Shown: in pieces, positions 50,100 through 58,341 of the stretch
Layout: every line of letters starts with the position of its first letter
Numbering within the stretch: position 1 is the stretch's first letter
Source of the DNA: Candidatus Omnitrophota bacterium
GTDB taxonomy: Bacteria > Omnitrophota > Gorgyraeia > JABMRG01 > JAFGKX01
Assembly: GCA_043797125.1 (NCBI GenBank)
Contig: JAZDPX010000006.1
Span: 70,921-134,920, forward strand
Direction of reading: 5' to 3'
DNA length: 64,000 nt
Translations under genes and position numbers: made by a program
Notes under the pieces: model-generated
Database searches by the model: none
What the model was told of the DNA's origin: nothing
The model's input: only the letters and a program-made list of their open reading frames with translations

Positions 50100-50148
50100 T
50101 GTAGTCCTTTTTGACTACAATTGTAGTCTATTATGAATACAACGTCAA
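50099..50148 (-). promoter_or_regulatory. Promoter with two 22-bp palindromic operators
   Basis: TTGTAGTC-N6-GACTACAA (50099-50120) and TTGTAGTC-N6-GAATACAA (50121-50142); TTGACG-N17-TACAAT overlaps them. Confidence 0.75.
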
Positions 50149-50197
50149 GAAGATTTTTTTAGAAAAATGGGCAGGTGTTTGGGAAATTTGGGACAAC

Positions 50198-50228
50198 AAC
50201 GATTCGGTAAACGGTACCGGTTTTACGC
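50198..50228. repeat. 31-bp direct repeat, copy 1 (includes the peptidase gene stop)
   Basis: aacgattcggtaaacggtaccggttttacgc, identical to 53420-53450. Confidence 0.9.
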
Positions 50229-53219
50229 TGCCTGCGCTATTACATTTTCATTACGGCTGTTTTTGTTGAGCTTCTCCGTCTGGTTATAATATATAAGCGG
50301 ATCCTTAAGATATTTCGTATAATATTCCGGGCCAAACTTTACAGGTTCTGCCGGTTCTAAAATATCATTAATAAGCTGCTCTATAAATTGCGGATTGGGA
50401 ATCTTGTCGCCGTTTGCGGCAATAAATTTTATAATTTTTCCCATTTCACTATTTATAATGCTTCCGTGTTTTTTCATTACAAAATGCACAACCATATGAT
50501 AGTACCAATCAGCGTACATGTAGCGGATGGGCAAATAAACCGTAAACCATATATAATGAATGAGCGCGCAATACCTCGGGTATTTTCTAAGTTCAGCCGG
50601 TGCGGGAAATTTTTTCACTTCGTCAAGATTATCCCATTGCAGCTTTTTTAGGGCTTCGAGCTCAGGGACATCGAGGCTGCCGAACATTTCTTTATATTTT
50701 TCTGGTTCATATTTTTTTACATCCGATATCATATATAAAAGCTCATCTATATTCATGTCGGCAAAGTAATCAGCCTTACTTCTGTATCCGACAAGGTCCT
50801 CCAAACGGTGGGCGATTAAAAACTTTTTTATTAACTCGAGCGGCATTTGTTCGCCTTTGGAATTCCGGGGATATTTTGCCAGCCATTCTGGGGTATAAAG
50901 CATATTTTCAATAAATCTTGCCATACCCTCCTTCATTCTTGTGTCGCACGAAGCAAACGTCGGCCCCTCTCTGTAATCAGAATAGAGATGGTCAATCGCG
51001 TGTCCCGACTCATGAAACATCACCCATGCGGTTAACCGACCACCTGAGGCAAGCGTAATTATAATTCGCGTATCTTTCTCGCCAAGCGCGCAGCATACTC
51101 CGGGATGTTTAAACCTCCCTGTCTCCGTTTTTCTTGAGTCTGAGGGGTTTGTATCAAAGTATATCATTTCCGCGTCTAAACCGAGGTCTTTTAAAGTTTC
51201 CAGAAACATACCCATAAGTTTGTTCGCGGGAAGATATTCATCCACCTCTTTATAAACATCTCGCAGGGCCCAACTTGTGTTCCAGGGCGCCGGTTCAAGC
51301 TCAGCACTTTCTTTTTTAAGAAGATCGGCAATCTCTTGGTCAGCTCGCTTTATGTCATCTTTCAAATCAACTTTCATCTGCTTCATAAAACGCTTATACT
51401 CATCGAAATCAGCTCTTTGAACTCGAGCTTGTAATTGATGATAATTGGTAAGAGACGGGATATTGTACTTTTCAGCCACCAACTTGGTTGCCTCATTTTG
51501 CAAATCTTTCACTTGTTCTTTTCGCGGTTCAAATGCCTCTGCGCGCCACATCCAAAGCATATATGCCCATTCTCTCAACTCTTCTTTAGGTTCAGTTTCG
51601 AATATCTCAAGTATGTTATTATCGCCTACCGGCCTTGCTTTAAATGCCGTGGATATCACATTATATATCGCGTCTTTCTTTTTCCAATCTTTTTCCTCAT
51701 TTAATATACTAAGAACTTTTTTATCATCCGCGATTTCCTTTTTCCCCTTGTAGATATTCGATATTGATGTATACAATTTTTGCTTTTTTTTTGCATCGTT
51801 ATTGCTTGCAAGCGTCTCGCTGGCCTCATCATTATCCACGACTGTCCCGCTAGCCCGGGATAAGAGCAGATATGCTTCTCTTTTTTTGATTTTGTCTTTT
51901 GCCTTATCCAATACATTGAATGCCATAGAATTGTTTTTAATATATTTGCCTCTGAAAAATGTCGATATATACATATATGCTTTGCACTTTTTCACTTTAT
52001 CAGGGTCATCTGATAACAAAGAAAGCGTGTCTTTCTTATATATGGCCTTCCCATAGAGCTTGTATAAAAAATCATATATCTTTCCTAGTTCTTTCCTCCT
52101 GCCCTCTTTTTGCAACTCCTCCATCGCCTGGTTTGCCGCGACAGGACTATTAATTCTTTTAGTGCCCGTAAGCCAGGATATAATTTTATACATTTCCCAT
52201 TTTTTTATCTCGCTGGTTTCGGCTGTTAACAGCTTTTTAACATCGTTGTCGTCATAAATAAGCGGGCCGCCATAAATCATAGGGAAACTCATATAATCTG
52301 CATCCATTGTGTTTTTAAACGTCGATACTGGAGGGCTTTCCTCAACCTGGCTTAGCAAAAGCGAGTCGAAAAGATCCTCATACTTTCTTTTAAGATAATA
52401 TTCGCTAACCAGCTTTGAATACGCTAAGACCTTTTTAGATAAGGTTTCGTCTGTAACTATTTTTAATATTTCCTTTCCGATTTCAGCGTATTTCTTAGCG
52501 GTAGCCTGCGCCAACTCTTTATCACAAGTAAACATGGGCTGTTCTTCGTATAACCTGCTTTCACGCCAGGTTTCACCCCAGTTGGCACCGAAACGCTTTC
52601 TTTGAAGGAGCATCTCCTTTTCTTCCTCGCTCAATGTGGCTAAATATTTTTCATACTCCTGTTTACTTCCTTCAAATTCCCCGATAGCGCTCATTAACCG
52701 AAACTGAACAATACCATGCTCTATACCTTTATTGTATAATGGCAGGTAAGCCTCATCAAAAAATTTGCGCGCGGATTTTTCCAAATCTCTTTTCTTGAGT
52801 ATGCCGTTTGGAAATATATCTTTAATGCACTGGGCATATTGCAGGATATCTTGCTGTTTTTCTTTTTCCTTTATTGCTCTGCTCTTAAAAAACTTCGACA
52901 CATTGCTGTTTTTTAGTGATATTTCTTGCTTTAATGGCTCGCCCTTTTTTCTCGGCAGTTTCGACAGCGCGACAATCAACTCCTGCGCCAAGGCAATATT
53001 CTCCGCTTTTTGCTGGTCGGGCGCCTCTTGGCGCATATCATCATATTTCTTTTTCAGCATATCATATGTTATAGAATCTTTGATAAACGATATGGGCCGC
53101 AAAGCGGAAGAATCGCTGTTTGTTCTGGTGCATATTTGCGACTTTTGGAAAGCTAGCTGGTTGGATAAAAAGACAGTTGCTAATAATAATGATGATATTC
53201 TCTTTATAAGTATTTTCAT
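50223..53219 (-). CDS. LRP/AA-motif secreted gluzincin (M3/M2-like) metallopeptidase with internal ~34-aa repeats
   Basis: Signal peptide, ALRPIS; KHPGVCC, FHESGHAIDH, KEGMARFIE, PEWL; ends VIAQAA. Confidence 0.8.
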   Translation of the reverse strand: MKILIKRISSLLLATVFLSNQLAFQKSQICTRTNSDSSALRPISFIKDSITYDMLKKKYDDMRQEAPDQQKAENIALAQELIVALSKLPRKKGEPLKQEISLKNSNVSKFFKSRAIKEKEKQQDILQYAQCIKDIFPNGILKKRDLEKSARKFFDEAYLPLYNKGIEHGIVQFRLMSAIGEFEGSKQEYEKYLATLSEEEKEMLLQRKRFGANWGETWRESRLYEEQPMFTCDKELAQATAKKYAEIGKEILKIVTDETLSKKVLAYSKLVSEYYLKRKYEDLFDSLLLSQVEESPPVSTFKNTMDADYMSFPMIYGGPLIYDDNDVKKLLTAETSEIKKWEMYKIISWLTGTKRINSPVAANQAMEELQKEGRRKELGKIYDFLYKLYGKAIYKKDTLSLLSDDPDKVKKCKAYMYISTFFRGKYIKNNSMAFNVLDKAKDKIKKREAYLLLSRASGTVVDNDEASETLASNNDAKKKQKLYTSISNIYKGKKEIADDKKVLSILNEEKDWKKKDAIYNVISTAFKARPVGDNNILEIFETEPKEELREWAYMLWMWRAEAFEPRKEQVKDLQNEATKLVAEKYNIPSLTNYHQLQARVQRADFDEYKRFMKQMKVDLKDDIKRADQEIADLLKKESAELEPAPWNTSWALRDVYKEVDEYLPANKLMGMFLETLKDLGLDAEMIYFDTNPSDSRKTETGRFKHPGVCCALGEKDTRIIITLASGGRLTAWVMFHESGHAIDHLYSDYREGPTFASCDTRMKEGMARFIENMLYTPEWLAKYPRNSKGEQMPLELIKKFLIAHRLEDLVGYRSKADYFADMNIDELLYMISDVKKYEPEKYKEMFGSLDVPELEALKKLQWDNLDEVKKFPAPAELRKYPRYCALIHYIWFTVYLPIRYMYADWYYHMVVHFVMKKHGSIINSEMGKIIKFIAANGDKIPNPQFIEQLINDILEPAEPVKFGPEYYTKYLKDPLIYYNQTEKLNKNSRNENVIAQAA

Positions 53220-53277
53220 AACAACTCCAAATCTATATTGCTTAATCCTTTATCAGTATCTTATAAAAGGTATAATT

Positions 53278-53305
53278 ATTTTAACATAAAAAAAGCCGAA
53301 GTCAA
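53278..53305 (-). promoter_or_regulatory. Sigma70 promoter of the LRP peptidase gene
   Basis: TTGACT-N16-TAAAAT with TG extension. Confidence 0.6.
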
Positions 53306-53419
53306 ATAAAATTTCCAGGAACGGCCTTAGGCCTTAGAGACGTTTTCGAAGTTATTCGGGACAGTGTCCTGTTTCTGTTCGGGTAGCTGTTTCCCGAACA
53401 GCTTTGGGACAGCTTCCCG

Positions 53420-53450
53420 AACGATTCGGTAAACGGTACCGGTTTTACGC
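53420..53450. repeat. 31-bp direct repeat, copy 2 (includes the MFS gene stop)
   Basis: Identical to 50198-50228. Confidence 0.9.
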
Positions 53451-54644
53451 CGCCCGCATTTTCCTGGAGTATATAAGCGTCGCTATTATGCAGCATACGC
53501 CGCCGAAAAACAGGGTACTGGGCGCGCCGATTTTGCCTGCTAAAAATCCCGCTAACAAGCTGCCGAACGGCGCCATGCCTATAAACGCCATGGTAAAAAG
53601 GCTCATGATCCTGCCGCGCTTATCTTCCTCCACGACAGTCTGTAAAACCGTATTGCTCGCCGCCATCTGAACCATTAACGCGAAGCCTGCGGCGAATATA
53701 ACCGCCATTGAAAACCACAAAACTTTTGATAAGGCAAACACAATAATCCCCAATCCGAAAATTCCCGAGGCTATCGCTATTATTTTATGTAAACCTGCAA
53801 CGCCTTTTCTGCGGGCAAGGTAAATGGCGCCCGTCAAAGCGCCTGCGCCGGCTGCTGCCATAAGAAAGCCGAGTGTTTCAGGCCCTTTGTGAAAAATATC
53901 CTTCACAAAGACAGGCATTAATAACTGGTAAGGCGCGCCTAATAAACTCGCCGCGCCAAGCAGAATAAGAACTGCCCTTATAGGGACGAAGTTAAAGGCG
54001 TAAACAAAGCCTTCTTTCAAATCCTGCAGTATATGCTTATCAGATGGTATTATTGCCCTGGGGGTAACATTCATCGCCAATAAAGCTATAATAGCGGCTA
54101 TATAGCTTGCTGCATTTAACAAAAAACATGGGCCCTCGCCAAATGCCGCGATTATTATGCCCGCGATTGAAGGGCCTAGAAGCCGAGCGACATTGACCAT
54201 CGAAGAATTTAACGCTATGGCATTGCCCAGGTCTTCCTTTTTCCCTATCATCTCAACGGTAAAAGCCTGCCTTATAGGCATGTCAAAGGAATTCACCACG
54301 CCAAGAATTACGCTTAGCGCTATAATATGCCATATCGCCACGATATCCGCCAGCACAAGCACTGCCAATACCAGCGCCTGGATCATCGCAAGTATCTGCG
54401 TAACTACCAGAATACGGTGCCGGTTGTATCTGTCGGCTATAACTCCCGCCAAAGGCATCAATAAAAAAGCAGGCAGCTGGCCCATAAACCCAACGATACC
54501 CAGCAGCAATGCGGAGTTCGTAAGCCTGTAAACCAGCCAGCTCATGGCAATCTGCTGCATCCATGTGCCGATTAAGGATATACCCTGGCCTATAAAAAAT
54601 AAGCGGTAGTTTCTATATCGCAATGCCCTAAATAAAAATTTCAT
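53445..54644 (-). CDS. MFS transporter (MFS_3/EntS-like)
   Basis: RNYRLFFIGQ.ISLIGTWMQ, GVIADRYNRHR, 12 TMs. Confidence 0.93.
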   Translation of the reverse strand: MKFLFRALRYRNYRLFFIGQGISLIGTWMQQIAMSWLVYRLTNSALLLGIVGFMGQLPAFLLMPLAGVIADRYNRHRILVVTQILAMIQALVLAVLVLADIVAIWHIIALSVILGVVNSFDMPIRQAFTVEMIGKKEDLGNAIALNSSMVNVARLLGPSIAGIIIAAFGEGPCFLLNAASYIAAIIALLAMNVTPRAIIPSDKHILQDLKEGFVYAFNFVPIRAVLILLGAASLLGAPYQLLMPVFVKDIFHKGPETLGFLMAAAGAGALTGAIYLARRKGVAGLHKIIAIASGIFGLGIIVFALSKVLWFSMAVIFAAGFALMVQMAASNTVLQTVVEEDKRGRIMSLFTMAFIGMAPFGSLLAGFLAGKIGAPSTLFFGGVCCIIATLIYSRKMRAA

Positions 54645-54674
54645 TTTTTTCCGTGAAGCTCTAAACTACTCACT

Positions 54675-54716
54675 TGCCCCAAACCACTCGCTGCTTCGCA
54701 GCTCGGGTTCAGGGCA
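54675..54716. repeat. Intergenic relative of family C palindrome (opposite orientation)
   Basis: Reverse complement tgccctgaacccgagctgcgaagcagcgagtggtttggggca resembles the cysS/lolD insertions. Confidence 0.6.
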
Positions 54717-54796
54717 CTTACCACTCACAAAAATTTGGAATGGCCTGCCACGAACCCGAACAAAAATTTAAAAAAGAAATTTTTGTGAGTGGTTCG

Positions 54797-55233
54797 TGGT
54801 GGAGGCGAGGGGAATTGAACCCCTGTCCTTGAGCGTTCAGCAATAGGCGCTACATGCTTGTCCTGTGCTTTGAATTCGCCCCGATAATCTTGCATAGGCA
54901 CAATCTCATCGGGACTAGCTTTTAAAAATCTCATCCTGCTCTCTAAAAGCTAAAAAAGCGGGACCAGCCTATTAATGACGCCAGACCCGGGCTAAATAGG
55001 CAAACCCGGCTGACGGTAGCCGCGTATTAGGCGGCTAGCGGCATCATGGAAACCATTCCTGTGTTAACAGGAACAACTTCCATGACTTTAGCGCGAATTG
55101 TATCCGCACTTATCATGTAGTCGGCTTTTGCTCCTCGCTTTCGCTCGGAGTCCCTTACGGGACAAGGCCAACCGACCAACCTTGGCATGCTCCTAGTTGC
55201 CCAATCGCATCAAGTCGAACCCTGTTCGCCCCC
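54797..55233 (-). ncRNA. ssrA: tmRNA (437 nt), tag (A)ADTIRAKVMEVVPVNTGMVSMMPLAA*
   Basis: 5' GGGGGCGAACAGGGTTCGAC; 3' GGGGTTCAATTCCCCTCGCCTCCACCA; ATAAGT-GCG resume context; tag ends LAA; adjacent to smpB. Confidence 0.96.
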
Positions 55234-55237
55234 ATTT

Positions 55238-55300
55238 GTGTATTGAGTATTGAGTCGTGAGTATTGAGCACTCAATACTCAATACACACGACTCACGACT
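55238..55300. repeat. Tandem-inverted heptamer repeat (GTATTGA/TCAATAC)
   Basis: gtattgagtattgagtcgtgagtattgagcactcaatactcaatacacacgactcacgact. Confidence 0.8.
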
Positions 55301-55311
55301 AAACACCTAAT

Positions 55312-55767
55312 CTATTTGCTTCCGCGAGACTTAAACGAGCGTTGTATCTCGCGTTCAACTTGCTTCTCGCGCAACTTTTCTCTCTTATCAAAGAACCTTT
55401 TGCCCTTTGCAACCGCAATCTCTAATTTTACTTTTCCTTTTTTAAAATAGGCCTTTATCGGAATTACCGTATAGCCTTTTTGCGATGTTAAACTTGCAAG
55501 TTTTTGTATCTGCGCTTTATGAAGCAGAAGTTTTCTTGTTCTTGTTGGATCAGGCGCAAACTGGCCGCTTTGCTTATAAGGGCTTATATGCATACCATAC
55601 ACGTAAGCCTGATTATCTGTTATCCTGACGAAACTATCTTTCAGGTTGGCTTCTGCCTGCCTTATGGATTTTACTTCAGCGCCCTTTAGTTCTATGCCTG
55701 CTTCAATGCTGTCAAAAAGAACATAATCAAACGCGGCTTTTCTGTTTGTGATAACTGGGTTTTTCAT
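55312..55767 (-). CDS. smpB: SsrA-binding protein
   Basis: NRKA.FDY, EAGIELKGAEVKS, RTRKLLLH, AKGK..FDKRE. Confidence 0.98.
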   Translation of the reverse strand: MKNPVITNRKAAFDYVLFDSIEAGIELKGAEVKSIRQAEANLKDSFVRITDNQAYVYGMHISPYKQSGQFAPDPTRTRKLLLHKAQIQKLASLTSQKGYTVIPIKAYFKKGKVKLEIAVAKGKRFFDKREKLREKQVEREIQRSFKSRGSK

Positions 55768-55777
55768 AGAAGCAGGC

Positions 55778-56263
55778 TTACTTTTTCCTTTTTACCGCGG
55801 CCTTCCTTATAACTCTGAATTTGTTTAAGTCTTGAGCTATTGCTTCATTCAGCGCAACATAATAAGTCGATAACACCTCAATATAAATCTCCGAGGTTGA
55901 CTCTATAGCCTGCTTCGAAAATTTTTTCAGGCTCTCGATATTCAACTCGTTATTAGTCTTTATCTTGTTAAGCCATTTTTCAGGATAATCAATAGCGGCT
56001 TCATTTAAATCCTGCTCCTTTATCATGTTAAAAACCCCTAAAATCGAAGAATACGCCTCAAGCTGCGTCATGGTTATAATACAGGAATCCCACAGGCTGC
56101 TCAATAAAAGTATGTCTTTTGATACTTTCATCAGCGGCTTTATCTCTTTTGCCGTCTCGTACACCTTTGTGTACATCTTAGCCAAGTCGCTATCTACGGC
56201 ATAGATATTAGAGCTGGCAAATATGGCCGAAATAATAATTACAGCTGCCAACATTTTCTTCAT
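55778..56263 (-). CDS. Hypothetical exported helical protein
   Basis: Signal peptide (NIYA|VD); no recognisable domain. Confidence 0.6.
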   Translation of the reverse strand: MKKMLAAVIIISAIFASSNIYAVDSDLAKMYTKVYETAKEIKPLMKVSKDILLLSSLWDSCIITMTQLEAYSSILGVFNMIKEQDLNEAAIDYPEKWLNKIKTNNELNIESLKKFSKQAIESTSEIYIEVLSTYYVALNEAIAQDLNKFRVIRKAAVKRKK

Positions 56264-56277
56264 CTTACCCTCCCTGT

Positions 56278-56295
56278 CTCGCCCGCAGGCGGGCT
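56278..56295. repeat. Short palindrome CTCGCCCGCAGGCGGGCT, copy 2
   Basis: Identical to 611-628. Confidence 0.7.
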
Positions 56296-56299
56296 TTTG

Positions 56300-56860
56300 T
56301 TATTTCGGTATAACGGTTTTTGACACGGTCATGGAGCAAACAGCAAGGCTTGAATCTTTAGATTTCGGGGTTATCCGGTATTTTTCAACCGTAAGCAAGC
56401 TGTCCGAGCTCTCTATATTATACATAAAATCTACCATCTGCTCCATCTGCGCTTCGCAGTTTAAATTTAACACGTACCTCATAGCTCCTTCCTGAAGCTC
56501 CAGTTTGCCCGGCTTCATATCAACAAGATAAACGGAAGATTTATTCGCTATCTTCTCTACCTCTTTTAAGAAAGACGCTATTGCCTCTTCCTCTGACTCT
56601 GCCTTGCTGAAAAAAGTGGAATACTTTTGCATCTTTGTCCCTATTTTGTCCTTTTGCGATAATATATGCAAATTCCTTTTGATGCCTGACTGCCTGTCTT
56701 GAATCTGTTCGTTAAGCGATTTTATTTTTGATAAAATCGGATTTATTATAAGCCTGTCTAAAAGCGCTAATGAAATAATAATGGCTGCCCCGTAAAAAAT
56801 AATCTTTTCTCTTTTTGATAAACGCGACAGATAGTTATAAATATTCTGCACTTTAAACAT
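56300..56860 (-). CDS. GspM/PilO-like T2SS inner membrane protein
   Basis: LSKREK+TM, coiled coil, EAQMEQMVDFMYNIE. Confidence 0.8.
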   Translation of the reverse strand: MFKVQNIYNYLSRLSKREKIIFYGAAIIISLALLDRLIINPILSKIKSLNEQIQDRQSGIKRNLHILSQKDKIGTKMQKYSTFFSKAESEEEAIASFLKEVEKIANKSSVYLVDMKPGKLELQEGAMRYVLNLNCEAQMEQMVDFMYNIESSDSLLTVEKYRITPKSKDSSLAVCSMTVSKTVIPK

Positions 56861-58341
56861 TAGCTGCCTTTTTCCTTATTTATTAAACTGATTATTTCAA
56901 AATCTGCCACATCTACATCGCCTTTTTTTCTTTTTGTGGTATACCTATTCTTTACATCCTTAAAATATCGTGATTTTTCCATCTCCTCAACAAAGGAAAA
57001 GACCGCTGCCATGGAATCTGCCGTGCCCTTTATGGAAAATATATCTGTTATGTCAAATTTTATATCTGTCAGCTGCACATTTTCAGGAAGGACACTATAA
57101 AGGTCAGCTAAAACCTCTAAGGAATAACCGCGTTTGTAAAGATAAGCTTTTGTTGCCTGGACCTTTAAAAAGGAGTTTTCCAGATTTTGCACATCCGGAA
57201 GCTGCGATTGGTATTTTTCATCCAGCTTGCTTAAGTAAGCGCTTTGAAAATAAATTTTGCTTGTAAGCATAATGCAAACAAAAACAAAGATGACCAACGC
57301 GAGAAAGCCGGTTTTAATAATCTCTTTGCTTTTCTCCTCAAAGGCCCTTTTTAATTTTACTTCCTCCGGAACAAGCGCAAGCCTTAATTCGTTTTGCACA
57401 AAAAGCACGGATATAACATCCAAAAAAGATACGGCGCTGCCCGGGCTTGTGGATTTTAACACTTCCTGCGATAATGGCAGATTTTTAAGATAATCAAACG
57501 TCCTCACGGGCTTCTGCATGCTGCTTGTAAAAATTGACTCCAAATTCTTAACCCGTTCAAAAGCGCCTGTTAGGATAATACCGTCGGGCTTTTGCTCAAT
57601 ATCTTCAGCCTCATATGCCTCCAATGAACTTTTTACCTCATCAACAAATCTATTCTGCGGCGCTAAAATTTGGCTTGCTAAGCTCTCTATTTCTGTAGGA
57701 ATGCTTCTTACATATATTACCTTGCCTTTAAATACAACGGTAAAATCCGTAAAACCTTCATCCACATGGACTATGCAGGTAGGCATGGCCTTGTTCTCAA
57801 GTTTCATCATTTTAGAAACAAACTTGCTTACACTCTCTGGTGAAAAAATAATCTGCTCCAGTTTAAAGCCTGCCTTGTTCAATATCGCGGAGTGCCTTTT
57901 TATAACATCGCGCGACACAATAACCAGCAACACTTTGGTATAGCTGCGTTTGAAAGTGCCGAGCTCTACATAATCAACAACTATCTCCTCGCGTGAATAG
58001 GGAGTGTGCCTTCCGGCCTGAAGGTTTATTATTTCTTTTATCTCTGACGGGTCAAGAGACGGTATTTCTATGTTTTTGGTTATGCTTAAATGCGACGGTA
58101 TCATACTTATGATATCCGTAGGCCTTAAGCCCTGCTCATTTAAAGAGGCCTTGATAGCCTTAGAGATATCCTCGTCGCGCAGGCCCCTTATGTTTTTGCT
58201 TGAGAAACCTATTCTTTTAACCGCATGCCCGACAACCTGCGCGTGGGCAAGTTTTAAATTGTTGCCGCTAAAATCCACGGAAACAATCACCCTGCTGTTT
58301 AAGGCGCCTAACAATTTAATTTGCGCTAAGATTCCTGCCAA
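56860..58341 (-). CDS. PilM-PilN/GspL-like fusion
   Basis: Actin-like N-domain (VSVDFSG, LQAGRHTPY, IILTG), L.LVP+TM, LPENVQLTD PilN segment. Confidence 0.8.
   Translation of the reverse strand: MAGILAQIKLLGALNSRVIVSVDFSGNNLKLAHAQVVGHAVKRIGFSSKNIRGLRDEDISKAIKASLNEQGLRPTDIISMIPSHLSITKNIEIPSLDPSEIKEIINLQAGRHTPYSREEIVVDYVELGTFKRSYTKVLLVIVSRDVIKRHSAILNKAGFKLEQIIFSPESVSKFVSKMMKLENKAMPTCIVHVDEGFTDFTVVFKGKVIYVRSIPTEIESLASQILAPQNRFVDEVKSSLEAYEAEDIEQKPDGIILTGAFERVKNLESIFTSSMQKPVRTFDYLKNLPLSQEVLKSTSPGSAVSFLDVISVLFVQNELRLALVPEEVKLKRAFEEKSKEIIKTGFLALVIFVFVCIMLTSKIYFQSAYLSKLDEKYQSQLPDVQNLENSFLKVQATKAYLYKRGYSLEVLADLYSVLPENVQLTDIKFDITDIFSIKGTADSMAAVFSFVEEMEKSRYFKDVKNRYTTKRKKGDVDVADFEIISLINKEKGS

Noticed and set aside
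53445-54644. MFS transporter as a sixth LRP/AA family member (ends KMRAA)
   Set aside because: No signal+LRP and no [AV][ILF] at -6/-5; the shared ending is better explained by the 31-bp DNA repeat.
49082-54796. tmRNA-integrated genomic island or prophage
   Set aside because: No integrase, and I found no duplicate of the tmRNA 3' end in the window; at most a variable islet.
54725-54934. 69-aa ORF overlapping the tmRNA 3' half
   Set aside because: Lies within the structured RNA; spurious.
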